A stretch of DNA of 64,000 nucleotides from Octopus sinensis (lineage: Eukaryota). The stretch's first letter is position 1; the number at the start of each line of letters is the position of its first letter. Location of the stretch: assembly GCF_006345805.1 (NCBI RefSeq), contig NC_043004.1, forward strand, positions 62,001 through 126,000, read 5' to 3'. The translations under genes were made by a program, and so were the position numbers. Below the pieces are notes generated by a model. The model made no database searches. It saw nothing but the letters and a program-made list of their open reading frames with translations, and was not told the DNA's origin. Positions 48,545 to 60,690 of the stretch are shown piece by piece.

Positions 48545-49067
48545 AATATTTTAAAGCGCATGCTTGCAATTTTCTTGTGCTTTTGCGTTTTTGGAGAAAT
48601 TGTCTGTAAAAACAGTGAATTTTAGAGAAGCAATTGCTGATTTCAATGCTTTGAAAGATAAATGGATGGAATCACATGAAAATTCCCGAGAGGAGCCTAT
48701 AAAGAATATGAAACATAAGACCTAACCGTTGAAGGAAGAAAACAACTACACAAAATGGACCACAACATGATACGAACTCGGAACAAAGTATTGCAACTAA
48801 GCAGTGTTGGCCATATTTTCGGAAACTCTACCGATTCTGCCAATCCATATCATACCATTGTGTTGGTTCCAGTATGGTTTATGTTAATTTATGTTAATTT
48901 ATGTTCCACGTTTACAATATATTTTTCTAATTCCAAGATCTTACAAATTCCATATAAACTCGCTTCTTTCATTTTTGAGAAGATTAGTCTTTCATCTGCA
49001 TTGCTTAGATGTATGACTAATACTAGACGGTAGTGGTAGTGGTAGTAGTAGTAGTAGTAGTAGTAGT

Positions 49068-49098
<31 letters not shown>

Positions 49099-49374
49099 GG
49101 TGGTGGTGATGGTGGTGGTATTAGTAGTAGTAGTAGTAGTAGTTGTTGTTGTTGTTGTTGGTAGAGGTGGTGTTTTGCTCCAGCTCAGACATGATCAATT
49201 GAACTTATGATCAAAAGCATTTCGACCGATATCACCCCCACCTTCTTGGCATGGATTACGTGTTCTAGACTACTCTCACCATCCAATGTGGCCTTTCTGA
49301 TTTTTCAAGACAGTAAGGTATAATCTGAAGGTAGTTTGACAGCTGCCCCTTTAGCACATATTTTTATCCCTATT

Positions 49375-49556
49375 CGTGGTACTCCGTCGGTTACGACGTC
49401 GAAGGTTCCAGTTGACCCGATCAACGGAACAGCCTGCTCCTGAAAATAACGCGCAAGTGGCTGAGCACTCCACAGACACGTGTACCCTTAACGTAGTCCT
49501 CGGGGAGATTTACTGTGACACAGCGCGTGAGAAGGCCGGCCCTTTGAAATACAGGT
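49375..49556 (-). mobile_element. SINE family C, 3' part
   Basis: Homologous to the reverse complement of 22830-22920. Confidence 0.65.
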
Positions 49557-49569
49557 ATAACAGAAACGC

Positions 49570-49729
49570 AGGCGCAGGTTTTGGCGTGGTAAGTAGCTTG
49601 CTTACCAACAACATGGCTCCGGGTTCAATCCCACTGCTTGGCACCTTGGGCAAGTGTCTTCTACTATAGCGTTGGGCCGACCAAAGCCTTGTGGGTGGAT
49701 TTGGCGACGGAAACTGAAAGAAGCCCGTC

Positions 49730-49770
<41 letters not shown>

Positions 49771-49807
49771 CGTAGGAGTGGCTGTGTGGTAAGTAGCTTG
49801 CTTACCC
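49570..49807 (+). mobile_element. SINE family A left arm followed by a second head after its (TA)n core
   Basis: Second GGCGTAGGAGTGGCTGTGTGGTAAG at about 49769. Confidence 0.8.
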
Positions 49808-51235
49808 GCGCATGCGTGTTGGTGTTTTGCTTCAACACTTGAACAAGGAGGACATGAGCTAATGCGCTCCCTCCAAAAACTGAAAATTAAGAAGTCCGTC
49901 GAGGTAGGTGATTTTGTTTGTTTTGAACTGGGCGTGATTTATTGTTTTGAAATTTCGCCCAGCTCTGGGCCAATTTCGCCTGCTCTTGGCGGCTATTGTA
50001 ATTTTTTTCTTGTTGAAAAAATGTTGGGGGCGTATCCCCGACTAAAAATTGAAGTGTGTCCCAGTCATTGAAATTTTTTGTGGCCCATTGTGGCGAAGAT
50101 TTGTTTTTTTTCGTAAACTTTCCCTATATATATATAATCGCTCTTATTAAATATATAAATACTTTAATAGTATTAATACTTTGATACAATAGAGCACTCA
50201 ATATAAATTCAGTATATAATATTCTCATTGAATATATTTAACTAAGACGGGCTTCTTTCAGTTTCCGTCTACCAACTCCACTCTCATGGATTTGATCGGT
50301 CCGAGGCTTTTGTACAAGACACTTGCCCAAGGTGCCATGCAGAGGGACTGAACCCAGAACCGTGTAGTTGGGAAGTAAGCTTCGTACCACACAGCCACGC
50401 CTGCGCCTATTTATCTTTTTTATTATTATTGTGCTTAGAATTTTGCTTAGACTGAAATAATTACTTGTTGCTTAAGCACAAAGCTACGCATTTACCTGAG
50501 GAATGAATCAACTCGTGAATCAACGTTCGCACTCGTTGACTTGTGTTGAAGACCGTCCAGCGGGTATTAAGGGTGAGCTGTAAAAGTTTACCGCTTACGG
50601 CATGCGTTCTGCTTAGTGTTTAAGAAGGTAATGGAGAAAAAGTAAAAAAAGATTATAAATAAATAAATAAAATACAACAAAGTGGGTGACGGAGGGGAGG
50701 ACGTTGCAAGGACAAATTACAAAGCGGTGGGGATTTTAAACGGTGTGTGGGAATCAGGCATAAACTACAACAACAACAACAACAACTGCAATGATGACGA
50801 CGACGACGGCGATGACGACATCTTCATCATACAACGAAATGAAATGGTCAACAACGAAACGAGCAACGATAACAACTAAAACACTCGCCACTGATCAATA
50901 TTAATGACTTCTCAGTTATTTGGTGAATTCTGAGACAATTTCTTTCTCAATTAGTAAACATGAATTATAAGGAAAAACATCCAAATATTTAGTTTTAGAC
51001 AATAACATCTGTTATAATCTATCGCTATGCAGAATATGCAGTAAGCGTTATCAGTCGCTTTGGTTCTTATTTACTTATTATTGTTGCTTAGCCTCATATG
51101 ATGCCCTGATCTAATAGACCCGGGATCGATGGCATTTATGATCATTTTGTCGTGATTAAGGTATTGTGTAATGCATATTTAGAACCACATTATCTAATGC
51201 CTTGTTTTAAATACAGAAAGGTATTATTTTAAGGA

Positions 51236-51490
51236 TGGAGGCGCGTGGCTTAGTGGTTAGGGTGTCAACATCATGGTCGTAAGATTGTGGGTTCGATTCC
51301 TGGACCGGGTGACCGGGCGACGCGTTGTGTTCTTGAGCATAACACTTCATTTCACGTTGCTCCAGTCCACTCAGCTGGCAAAAATAAGTAACGTTGCGAT
51401 GGACTGACGTCCCGTCCAACTGGGGAACACATACGCCATTAAAACCAGGAAACCGGGCCCATGAGCCTGGCTAGGCTTTAAAAGGGCGCA
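51236..51490 (+). mobile_element. tRNA-derived SINE (family C head/core, different 3' part)
   Basis: TGGCTTAGTGGTTAGG A-box, GGTTCGATTCC B-box, GTTGTGTTCTTGAGCATAACAC core. Confidence 0.75.
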
Positions 51491-51639
51491 TTATTTATTT
51501 TTATCATTTTTAGGAGATTCGATTGCTGTTTCTAATTAAGTCAATTCTTCCTCGCCTTCCAAAGACAATAAAAAAAAAGAAAATGTGGCTTTGTTAGAAA
51601 GTTAGAAATCGACATTCCACCCCACTCTACCCACTGAAC

Positions 51640-52060
51640 ACTAAGGTGGTGAGCTGACAAAATCGCTAGCACACCGGACAAAATGCTTAGCGGCGTTTGG
51701 TCCGTCTTTACGTTCTGAGTTCAAATGTTGCCGAGATCGATTTTGCCTTTTATCTTTTGGGGATCGTTGAAATAAGCACCAGTTGAGTACTGGGGTCGAT
51801 GAAATCAAACAGCTCTCTCCTCCAAAATTTCAGGTCTTGTGCCATATGAGAAATGCTTATTATTTAGGTGACGAGTTGGCAGAATAGGTTGAGCATCGAA
51901 TAAAAACGTTTAGTGGGGTTTCTTCCGATTCTTTTCGTCTTGAGTTCAAATTCTGCCGATGTCAACTTGGCCTTTTATCCTTTTCGGAATCGATGTAATA
52001 AATACCAGTCAATTACTGGGGTCGATGTAATCAACTAGCCCCATTTCCTTGTTTCAAAAT
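51640..52060 (+). mobile_element. Two old SINE family B copies in tandem
   Basis: Degenerate heads and bodies. Confidence 0.65.
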
Positions 52061-53495
52061 TAGAAAGAATTAATCGGACGAGATCGTAAAGTTTTCTCGC
52101 TGGTTAATCCAACGAATGGATTGTGAACGTTTTGTCAATTTTTGAATAACTACTCAAATACCTGTATTAGCGGAAATATTTTCATTGAAATAAATTTGAT
52201 GACTTTCATTACACGAAATACTTTTTTTTTCATAATTTATGCAAATCCAATTATTACATGCCAATTACTAATTTTTATTTTTGCATATTATTATTTTTGC
52301 ATATTTTCCAATTATTTCTTGAAAATTTTCTAAACAAAAGAACACGTTATTCCCCTCCATTAAACATCCAGTCACAAGCTTGTTTACTTAACATCCGGGA
52401 CTTTAACATTTGAAAACGAAGTAAAAAAAAAAAATGAAATTAAAAAAAGAATTCTTGTCGTACGTACCACATCACCTCAAACCCCCAACTTTTACCGCTT
52501 TCTCTGCTTAGTACGTCGTATTTACCCAACCCCAGAAACTATCAAGGGTCACACGATCCTCAAGTCTAGCTGACTTCCCTTCTTTTTCCATAACACCATC
52601 ATTGATTCGTTAGATTTTCGAAGTTTGAACATGAGACGCGCCATTTCAAGTTCAAAAGCTACCGCCATGTTAAAATAACATGCTAGTCAATATTGACACA
52701 CCAAACGGGCGCTGATGAAGGGTAGTTTACAATCGGTTCTAAATAAACAAACGACCGGGGAAAGCCTTTTTCTTCATGTTTGTTTCATATGTAGGAATAC
52801 ATACAACTATCTGTTGACACACACATACCTGTCTATTTTTCTATCGTTCATACTCTCTAATACATACATCTGTTTTCACAGACTGCTTACACAGGCACTA
52901 TTTAATAAAAGGCGGAATATACATACTATTTTACCATCTCTTTAAATATATAAACAGAAGTGCGCACTCGCATAGGTTCCCTCGCTCATACGTAGCTCTA
53001 CGTACGCACATACGCGCATACGAATCTTTCACATACATAATATATACACACGCGTACATATGTGCGATTTGTATTTCATTGATAAAAAAAAAAAGACAAG
53101 CAAAATAAAAGCAAAACTGCTGCGGTAATAAAAAGAGATGAAGAATCAAATAGATGAGAGGAGAGAAATAAAAATTTTCGTCGGGAGGAAAGAAAATACA
53201 ACAAAACCGTCAGTGAGTGTGAAGTGCAAGGAAAATATTTCCCGGTATCTAAGGAAAATAAACACAAGTCATCGTTTTGTTACATCTTCATCTTATAAAC
53301 TCTTTACAATTGCTTCTGTTAGCTTATTCCGCCATTGTCTTCTAAATAATTTATTTGATATCATTGTTAGCGTTGAAGTTGTTGTTGTTAATTTTTAATG
53401 TTATAGCCGTTAATCCTCTATAATTTTGGTATAAGGCCAGCTATTTTGAGGGGAGGGGTAAGTCGACTGTTTCGACTCCAGTACTAAACTGGCAC

Positions 53496-53667
53496 CATTA
53501 GCGTAGCTGTGGTGGGGAGGCGGTAGGGGCGTTCCTCCTCGAGTGGCACTTTTAAAGGGGAAGTACTTTTGGGTCTGCTGTAAGCAATATACGAGTTTTT
53601 TTGAGGGGTCTGGGGACGGCAAACGATAGGGCCGCCCCGGGCCGCACACACTCTAGCTATGCTAGTG
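53496..53667. mobile_element. hAT-type MITE (172 bp) inserted into an antisense SINE-B
   Basis: TIRs CATTAGCGTAGCT / AGCTATGCTAGTG. Perfect 8-bp TSD ACTGGCAC at 53488-53495 and 53668-53675. Confidence 0.9.
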
Positions 53668-54441
53668 ACTGGCACTTATTGTATTTTTCCCGAAAAGATG
53701 GAAAGCGAAGTCGACCCCAGCGGGATTTGAACTCAAAACGAAAATACTGCTAAACATTTTCTCCGGTTCCACCGCCTTAATAATTCCACCACCTTAATAA
53801 TTATTATTATTTGTATTCTTTCTACAATAAGCACAAGGACTGAAATTTTAGAGAGGAGGGCGTTTGTCGAATACATCAACCACGGTGCTCCAATAGTATT
53901 TATTTTATCGACCTCAAAAGGATAAAAAGCAAAGTCGACCTCGGTGGTACTTGAACTCAAAACGTAAAAAGCGAGAACAAATTACCGTATGCTCGGTTCA
54001 TCGCCTGTTGATGTTGTTGTTGCTATTTACGACTTCTTAGCGAAAGCTTTCTGGCCATGACCATCTCGTTATTTAGGCATCACGTGTTTAGATTGCATTA
54101 TCCGACATATCCTCCGTAATTCAAGACGATTGGATGTGATTTTATGGGCACAAAAAGCAAAGTAAGGCGCCAAGCTGGCAGAATCATTTGCATGTTGGAA
54201 AAAAAATGCTCACCACCATCTCTTTTGACTCATTACGTTCTGAGTTCAAATCCCGCCGAGTTCAACTTTGCCTTTTATCCCTCTAGGTTTGATAAAATAA
54301 AGTACCAGTTAAGTACTGGGATCGATGAATTAGACTTGACCCTCTCCCCTCAAAGCCACTGGCCTTGAACCCTACAACGGACCGGCTTCTCCTTCAAGGG
54401 AATGTTGTATTCTCGGTCACTTATACGCCATGGAAACTAAA

Positions 54442-54588
54442 TGACCGGCCTTATGAGTCCTAAGGGTCAAGAAACCAGGTGACCGGCCTTATGAGTCCTA
54501 AGACTCAAGAAACCCGGTGACCGGCCTTATTAGTCCGACAACTCAAAAAACCAGATAACCGGCCTTATGAGCCCTAAGAGTCAAGAAA
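54442..54588. repeat. 38-bp minisatellite, four units with internal palindromes
   Basis: Units at 54442, 54480, 54518 and 54556 (TGACCGGCCTTATGAGTCCTAAGACTCAAGAAACCCGG-like). Confidence 0.92.
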
Positions 54589-55715
54589 ATTTTTAAAAAG
54601 AACAAAAACAAAATAAAATATGTTTGGATGTAGTGAGAAGAAATAATTCATTTCCTTGTTTTTCTTCCTTTGCTTTTTATTATTTTCTTTCAGAACAGAC
54701 TCTTCATCACCACAGACTGCAGTGAGTCTCTTCAAATTCCAGCGAGTGTAGGAGGATACATCAGTGAGTTTCCTCACTTTCACCGATAGACCTTCACTTT
54801 TACAAGGACACTACAAATGTAGACAATTAGGCTGAACTTTCGCCTGCAGGTGACAGAAGTCTTATTTAGCTAACAATCAGGCATGACTGCTGCGTTAATT
54901 TGTCGATCAGTATATAATATTTCTCCAAAGCAAATAGCACAACCTAGTGCTGTCTGACTACGTAGCACCAAGGGCCCCTAAATTTGTTCAGAAGCAGTTC
55001 ATGAAATAGTGAGATGTGCACGTCTTTAACAAGGTCATCAGTAGCATAAATATATTTTTGGAGGATATAGAATTTGGAGCGGAAACTGCATCACTGATTC
55101 GTTTCGTTGAGAAAAACTTAGTCCCTACATATTTAGAAGAAATAATCATAGAAAAATCAATGATATAGCTATTAACCGGTAGGTTGAATAGAAATTCTTT
55201 TTTAGCGACAGAAGTAGTGTTAGTTCAAAATAACAATCTATATATCATACACAAAGTAGATATACTGTTGAGGGCATGAAAATAGCGGAAATTCGTCAAC
55301 AGAAAGTATCTCTATTAAAAAGAAAAACACTATACCATTAGTTTCTAGTCACGTGCTTCTGATGATGCTCAGATAAGCAGAAGTACGTATTTAGAAATGA
55401 TACCACCGCTGATGGAAGCTTTTCTTTTGCTACGGATATGTTTATGTATTTCTTTAGCAGAATATATGTGTGTGATTATGAAATATCTAATATTCCACTT
55501 TCGTATGTAGGTGTCATAGTTATGTGAGGTACGCATACGAGTTGAAAAGTTTGGAAATATTGTTTGCAAATAATTTTTCTAATCTCCTGTTCTGACAAAC
55601 ACACACACATACACACATACAGACATGTATGGAGAGAGATATACACACATTTACATGTGTACATACACCTGTCTTCGTATTTTCTTTTTCTATAAATTTT
55701 AACTATATATATATA

Positions 55716-55909
55716 GGCGCAGGAGTGGCTGTGTGGTAAGTAGCTTGCTAACCAACCACATGGCTCCGGGTTCAGTCCCACTGCGTGGCATCTTGGGCAA
55801 GTTTCTTCTGCTATAGCCCCGGGCCGACCAATGCCTTGTGAGTGGATTTGGTAGACGGAAACTGAAAGAAGCCTGTCGTATATATGTGTATATATATATA
55901 TATAATATA

Positions 55910-55955
<46 letters not shown>

Positions 55956-56155
55956 ATGTGTGTTTGTGTGTCTGTGTTTGTCCCCCTAGCATTGCTTGAC
56001 AACCGATGCTAGTGTGTTTACGTCCCCGTCACTTAGCGGTTCGGCAAAAGAGACCGATAGAATAAGTACTGGGCTTACAAAGAATAAGTCCCGGGCTCGA
56101 CTAAAGGCGGTGCTCCAGCATGGCCGCAGTCAAATGACTGAAACAAGTAAAAGAG
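55716..56155 (+). mobile_element. SINE family A
   Basis: Complete copy following a (TA)n run. Confidence 0.92.
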
Positions 56156-56234
56156 AGTATACATACGCTTGTATGTATCAAGCGTATGTATATATATGAA
56201 GCGTAGCGTATATATATACACACACATACGCTGA

Positions 56235-56366
56235 GTCCCTTTCTGTAGAAGAGCGTAGGCTCGAAACGTAGAAGACTTTTTCTATTCTTGAGCGTTATAC
56301 TGATACATCTGTTTGTTTTGTACACCACATGTCTTCGTCTTTTTTTTTTTTTCGTAAACTCTCCCA

Positions 56367-56370
<4 letters not shown>
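56235..56370 (+). mobile_element. Penelope-like pLTR fragment with hammerhead-like motif
   Basis: CTGTAGA-A-GAGC(GTAG)GCTC-GAAAC-GTA at 56243-56270. Homologous to 57390-57520. Confidence 0.55.
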
Positions 56371-56400
<30 letters not shown>

Positions 56401-57135
56401 TTCCTCTGTCTTCTCTTCTCTGGATCTTTCCTTCTCCTATGTTTCCGACGAAGAGCTACGTCCAATAATACTATATTTGTTCCATGTCCTCGCGTTGTTG
56501 TGGTTTTTTTTTTCGTGCTTTCTTGTTTTGATTTACTATCTATATATTTATATATATATATGGTGAAATGAAATGTCTTTCTCACGGCTCGAGTTTCGCG
56601 TCAGTTCGATCTTCAGATATAGCGGTATTGAACTCGAATTACGGGGGAAAGAATTAAGTCTAAATAAATAACAGACTCTACATCGAAGGGTGCTACCTTT
56701 CACTTTCCATCCCCAAAACTAGCAAATGCGAATATACATACATGTTCATTTGTATGTATGTAGGTATGTATGAATACAGGCGTGTATGTACGTAACTATT
56801 TATTGTGTGCGTGTGTGTGTGTGTGGTGTGTGTGTGTGTGTGTGCTAGTTCCTCATTGAGTATTTCATTGAAGAATGCTGGCAATGAGAATCAATAGAAG
56901 TAATGTGTATTTAGGATTAAAAGGAACAGGAAAGGTCAAGTATGTATACTATAGGTAACGTATACCATACATACATACACACATACAATATATATATATA
57001 TATATATATATTTACTATCTTTAGTATACATATGTATGGGGTATGTATATACACACTCACAAATATAATATATGTATGCATACTCTAACCTTTAGTATAC
57101 ATATGTATGTAGGTAGTATATATGTATATACACCA

Positions 57136-57175
<40 letters not shown>

Positions 57176-57280
57176 CATGCATAAATACATATATAATCTC
57201 ACACACCACACAATAATATATAGATATTAACAGTCATGAATCTATCTCCATCTCTGTTTCTCCGTATATATATAATAAAC

Positions 57281-57311
<31 letters not shown>

Positions 57312-57389
57312 ATATATATATCGCCATGTTGATTCTTAGCTACTGCACGCATTTTTTTCTCTCCTTCTTTCTGTGTTTTTCTCTCTCTG

Positions 57390-57520
57390 TGTATCTTTGT
57401 TGAAGAGCGTAGGCTCGAAACGTTAAAGACTTGTTTTATTTATATTTCTGAGCGCCATACTAATACAATTGTTCGTTTGTTTTCCCCTGCTTCGTCTTTG
57501 TTTATTTTCATAAAGCTTCC
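57390..57520 (+). mobile_element. Penelope-like pLTR fragment with hammerhead-like motif, second copy
   Basis: TTGTTGA-A-GAGC(GTAG)GCTC-GAAAC-GTT at 57397-57424. Confidence 0.55.
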
Positions 57521-57534
57521 GTTATATATATATA

Positions 57535-57623
<89 letters not shown>

Positions 57624-59450
57624 GGGAGAGAGAGGGAGAAAGATTGATAGATGTGTATAAATGCATATATGTATGTGTATATATGTGTGTATATATATGT
57701 AGATATATGCATTTATATGTGTATACACACTTTGATATATACGGAAATTCACATATACACAAACACGTGTAAACGTTTATATTTACAAACAAAGAAAACA
57801 GCACTCAATACACGGTGTAGTATTTGTTTAACAATGTATAAGTCCCTGGTTCCCAATATGTTTGCCCGCTCGTGCGCTTACGTCCGCGTCTGTACGGGTA
57901 TGTGTGTTTGCGTGCTTGCGTGTGTATACTTTAATGGGCATTATGTAGACATATATGCGTGTTTATATAAGTGTAACTAACAAATATCGCCGAGTTTCCA
58001 ATGAGCCGATCTCGAACGATGGTGGGCGGTCTTTTCCTCTGTTTGAGGTGACTAAATGACTGAAGTAGCTTCACTGGCGACTGCACGACTCCATCGACGC
58101 TGACCCAACAAAACAACAAAACAAAGATTAATGAACCCCTTATTGTTGATTTATCCTCGGGAAGGAGGAGCAACTGGACAACGCTTCTTTGTTCAAAAAT
58201 GAAAGCAAAATAAAAGAAAAAATAATGAAGAAGATCATCATTGTGGCTTTCCCGTTTTGTTTCTTTTGCTTTCTATCAATGATTCTTAACATTTTTTTCT
58301 CCGGTTCCCGCAGCTCTATCGGCTCCATGTACTTATTGCTAACATCCCATGTTCTACTCAAATCGTGGCCCAACAGACGCACAATCACCCTCTTCTCTCT
58401 CTCTTTTTCTCTCTCCCTCTCTCTCCCTCTCTGTTTGTGTCAAAGTTATTCGTGTATTTTCAAACAAATAATGAGCAAAAATTTCAACCTGTTATCTTAT
58501 AACGGGTTTTACTCCACAGACCAAAAGAGCTCAAGTGAAAGCAAAAAGTTCTTCGAGTCGCAAAACCGCTAAGTCTAAGCTAACAATTTTCTATATCAGG
58601 TCGCACCATTTGCGGAGGAGGGCTTACAAAGGGCTTATTCCTTTCCTTCTAAAACATTTCAAATTTTCTTTTAATTGTTTCCTGAATCTAAGACGGCAAG
58701 CTGGCCGAATGATTAACATGCCGGGCAAAATGCTTAACGGCACTTCATCCGTCTTAATGTTCGGACTTCAAATTCCGCCCAGGGCAACTTCATTTCATCG
58801 GTGTGTGTGCGTGTGTGCGTGTATGTGTATGTGTGTGCGTGTGTGTGAGCATGTATGTGTATCTGTGTGTGTGTTGTTTATTTTCGTATACCCACCCAGT
58901 ATTTTTTGTCAGCTCGAGCGCTTGTTCTACACAAATCTTGCGGGTGCCGCCGATATACAAAATTCCCAGTCTTATCGTTAAAGGCACGAAACTGGGTATT
59001 AGTATTTTTGGTCGATAACTGAGGAAGGATTAGGGTCCTTCTGTGTCTGTCCTACGCGTACATTTTGTAGTATTTAATGCATTTTTTTTTCAAGAAAAAG
59101 CTCTTTTTCTTTAACAATCCTTTCATATATAAAAAGAGCGCGCGCGCTCTCACTTTCTCCCGTTTCCTCACCCTCTTGTACTATCCTATATCTCTCCCCA
59201 CTCCTACACACTCAATAATACTATAAAAAGAGACAAAATTCCTGCAAAAGTTCAACTTGACAGCTCCACTAGAGTGGACGAAAGCGTTTATATATGATAT
59301 ATGATGTATAAAAACATGTAACATACTAATAAATATCTGTAAATATAAAACCATCCGAATTTCTGAGTACCTCATTTCTTCTAATATATAATACCTGTAC
59401 ATCATCACCAAACCTTCTAATATATATATAGATATATACCGTGGCTTATA

Positions 59451-59822
59451 GGCGCAGGAGTGGTTGTGTGGTAAATAGCTTGCTTACCAACCACTTGGTT
59501 CCAGGTTCAGTCCCACTGCGTGGCACCTTGGGCAAGTGTCTTCTACTCTAGCCTCGGGCCGACCAAAGCCTTGGGAGTGGATATATATATATATATACAT
59601 ATATATGCGTGTGTGTGTGTATGTTTGTGTGTCTTTGTTTGTCCCGACAACATCGCTTGACAGCCGGTACCGGTGTGTTTATGTCCCTGTAACTTACCAG
59701 TTCGGCAAAAGACACCGATAGAATACTAGGCTTAGAAAAAATAAGTCCTGGGCTCGATTTGCTCGACTAAAGGCGGTGCTCCAGCATGGCTGCAGTCAAA
59801 TGACTGAAACAAGTAAAAAATA
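59451..59822 (+). mobile_element. SINE family A with a short internal deletion
   Basis: Lacks the TTGGTAGACGG...CCCGTCG segment. Confidence 0.85.
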
Positions 59823-60244
59823 AAATAACCCCAGGCCTTCAAGCTGGCTATCCACATGCTAGAAATAACAGCCAAATCTCACAAAACTGCGATAACAATG
59901 AAATTTCGAAAATGCGGTTTTTGAAAATTTATTTTCAGAATCGGATCCACCAGAACCAAAAACGCGGGATTCTATTAAAAAAATCAATATATATCCATCT
60001 TACCGGAAGTTATGACGGAAAAATCTGATCCTCTGAATTTTCCGAAACTCCTCTCCCAGCCTAGAAGGGTCGTCAGCGCGCGTTTCTTTTTCATATTCGT
60101 TTTCCACATACTTCTTACCACACCCGAGGCTGGTAAATTTTCTTTCTTTTTTGTTCACGGGCGAGGATCTTTATATTGATCGAAAATTGTTCATTGCTTG
60201 AAAAATATTGGTCAAGTTTAATAAAATTTAATATGCACTAAATA

Positions 60245-60690
60245 CATGAAGTATCATTGTTGGGCCCAAGGCCCATTGAAGAGCCCTCCAAAGGAGCTAG
60301 TTGAAAAGCCGCCCGATAGAGCGGCCCAATTCAGGATCACAACATATAGGTACACTGTGACACAATTTCTTTTCCTCAACAGGCGCTGCCCTGTTTAATA
60401 TTGTTCCAAAACTGATCAAAGAGGAAAAGTATCCCATCACCTTTAAATGAAGTCTAGACAAATTTCTTCAAGGAAGACCAGATAATCCACCTGTAAGTGG
60501 GTTATCTGGTATTCCTTGAATACAACTCACTGGATACAACTCACTCAACAAGAAGTTCACCACTTGAATGGACCATGATACCACAAAACTTGACTTAAAA
60601 GGGATTTAGATAATCCTATCAGGTTGTGCTATTAAGTTAGACATGGCCTGGACCAATCTTTGGTCGAAACATATCTAAGTTTATCAAAGT
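60245..60690 (+). mobile_element. CR1/L2-group LINE 3' fragment
   Basis: Reads GAALFNIVPKLIKEE...FK*SLDKFLQGRPDNP, typical of a CR1-group RT C-terminus. 3' stem-loop GACCA(ATCTT)TGGTC and an AAGTTTAT repeat tail. Confidence 0.6.

Noticed and set aside
47790-49000. Protein-like fragments in unique sequence around the SINE-B dimer
   Set aside because: Short frames with stops and no recognisable motif. Possibly an ancient TE, but unassignable.
55340-55390. CTGATGA followed by TGCT...AGCA-GAAG as a hammerhead
   Set aside because: GAAAC is not intact and no stem I forms. It is better explained as an 11-bp inverted repeat.
59120-59150. TATA box plus 16-bp palindrome AGAGCGCGCGCGCTCT as a promoter
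   Set aside because: TATA-like words are ubiquitous here and no downstream exon is supported.
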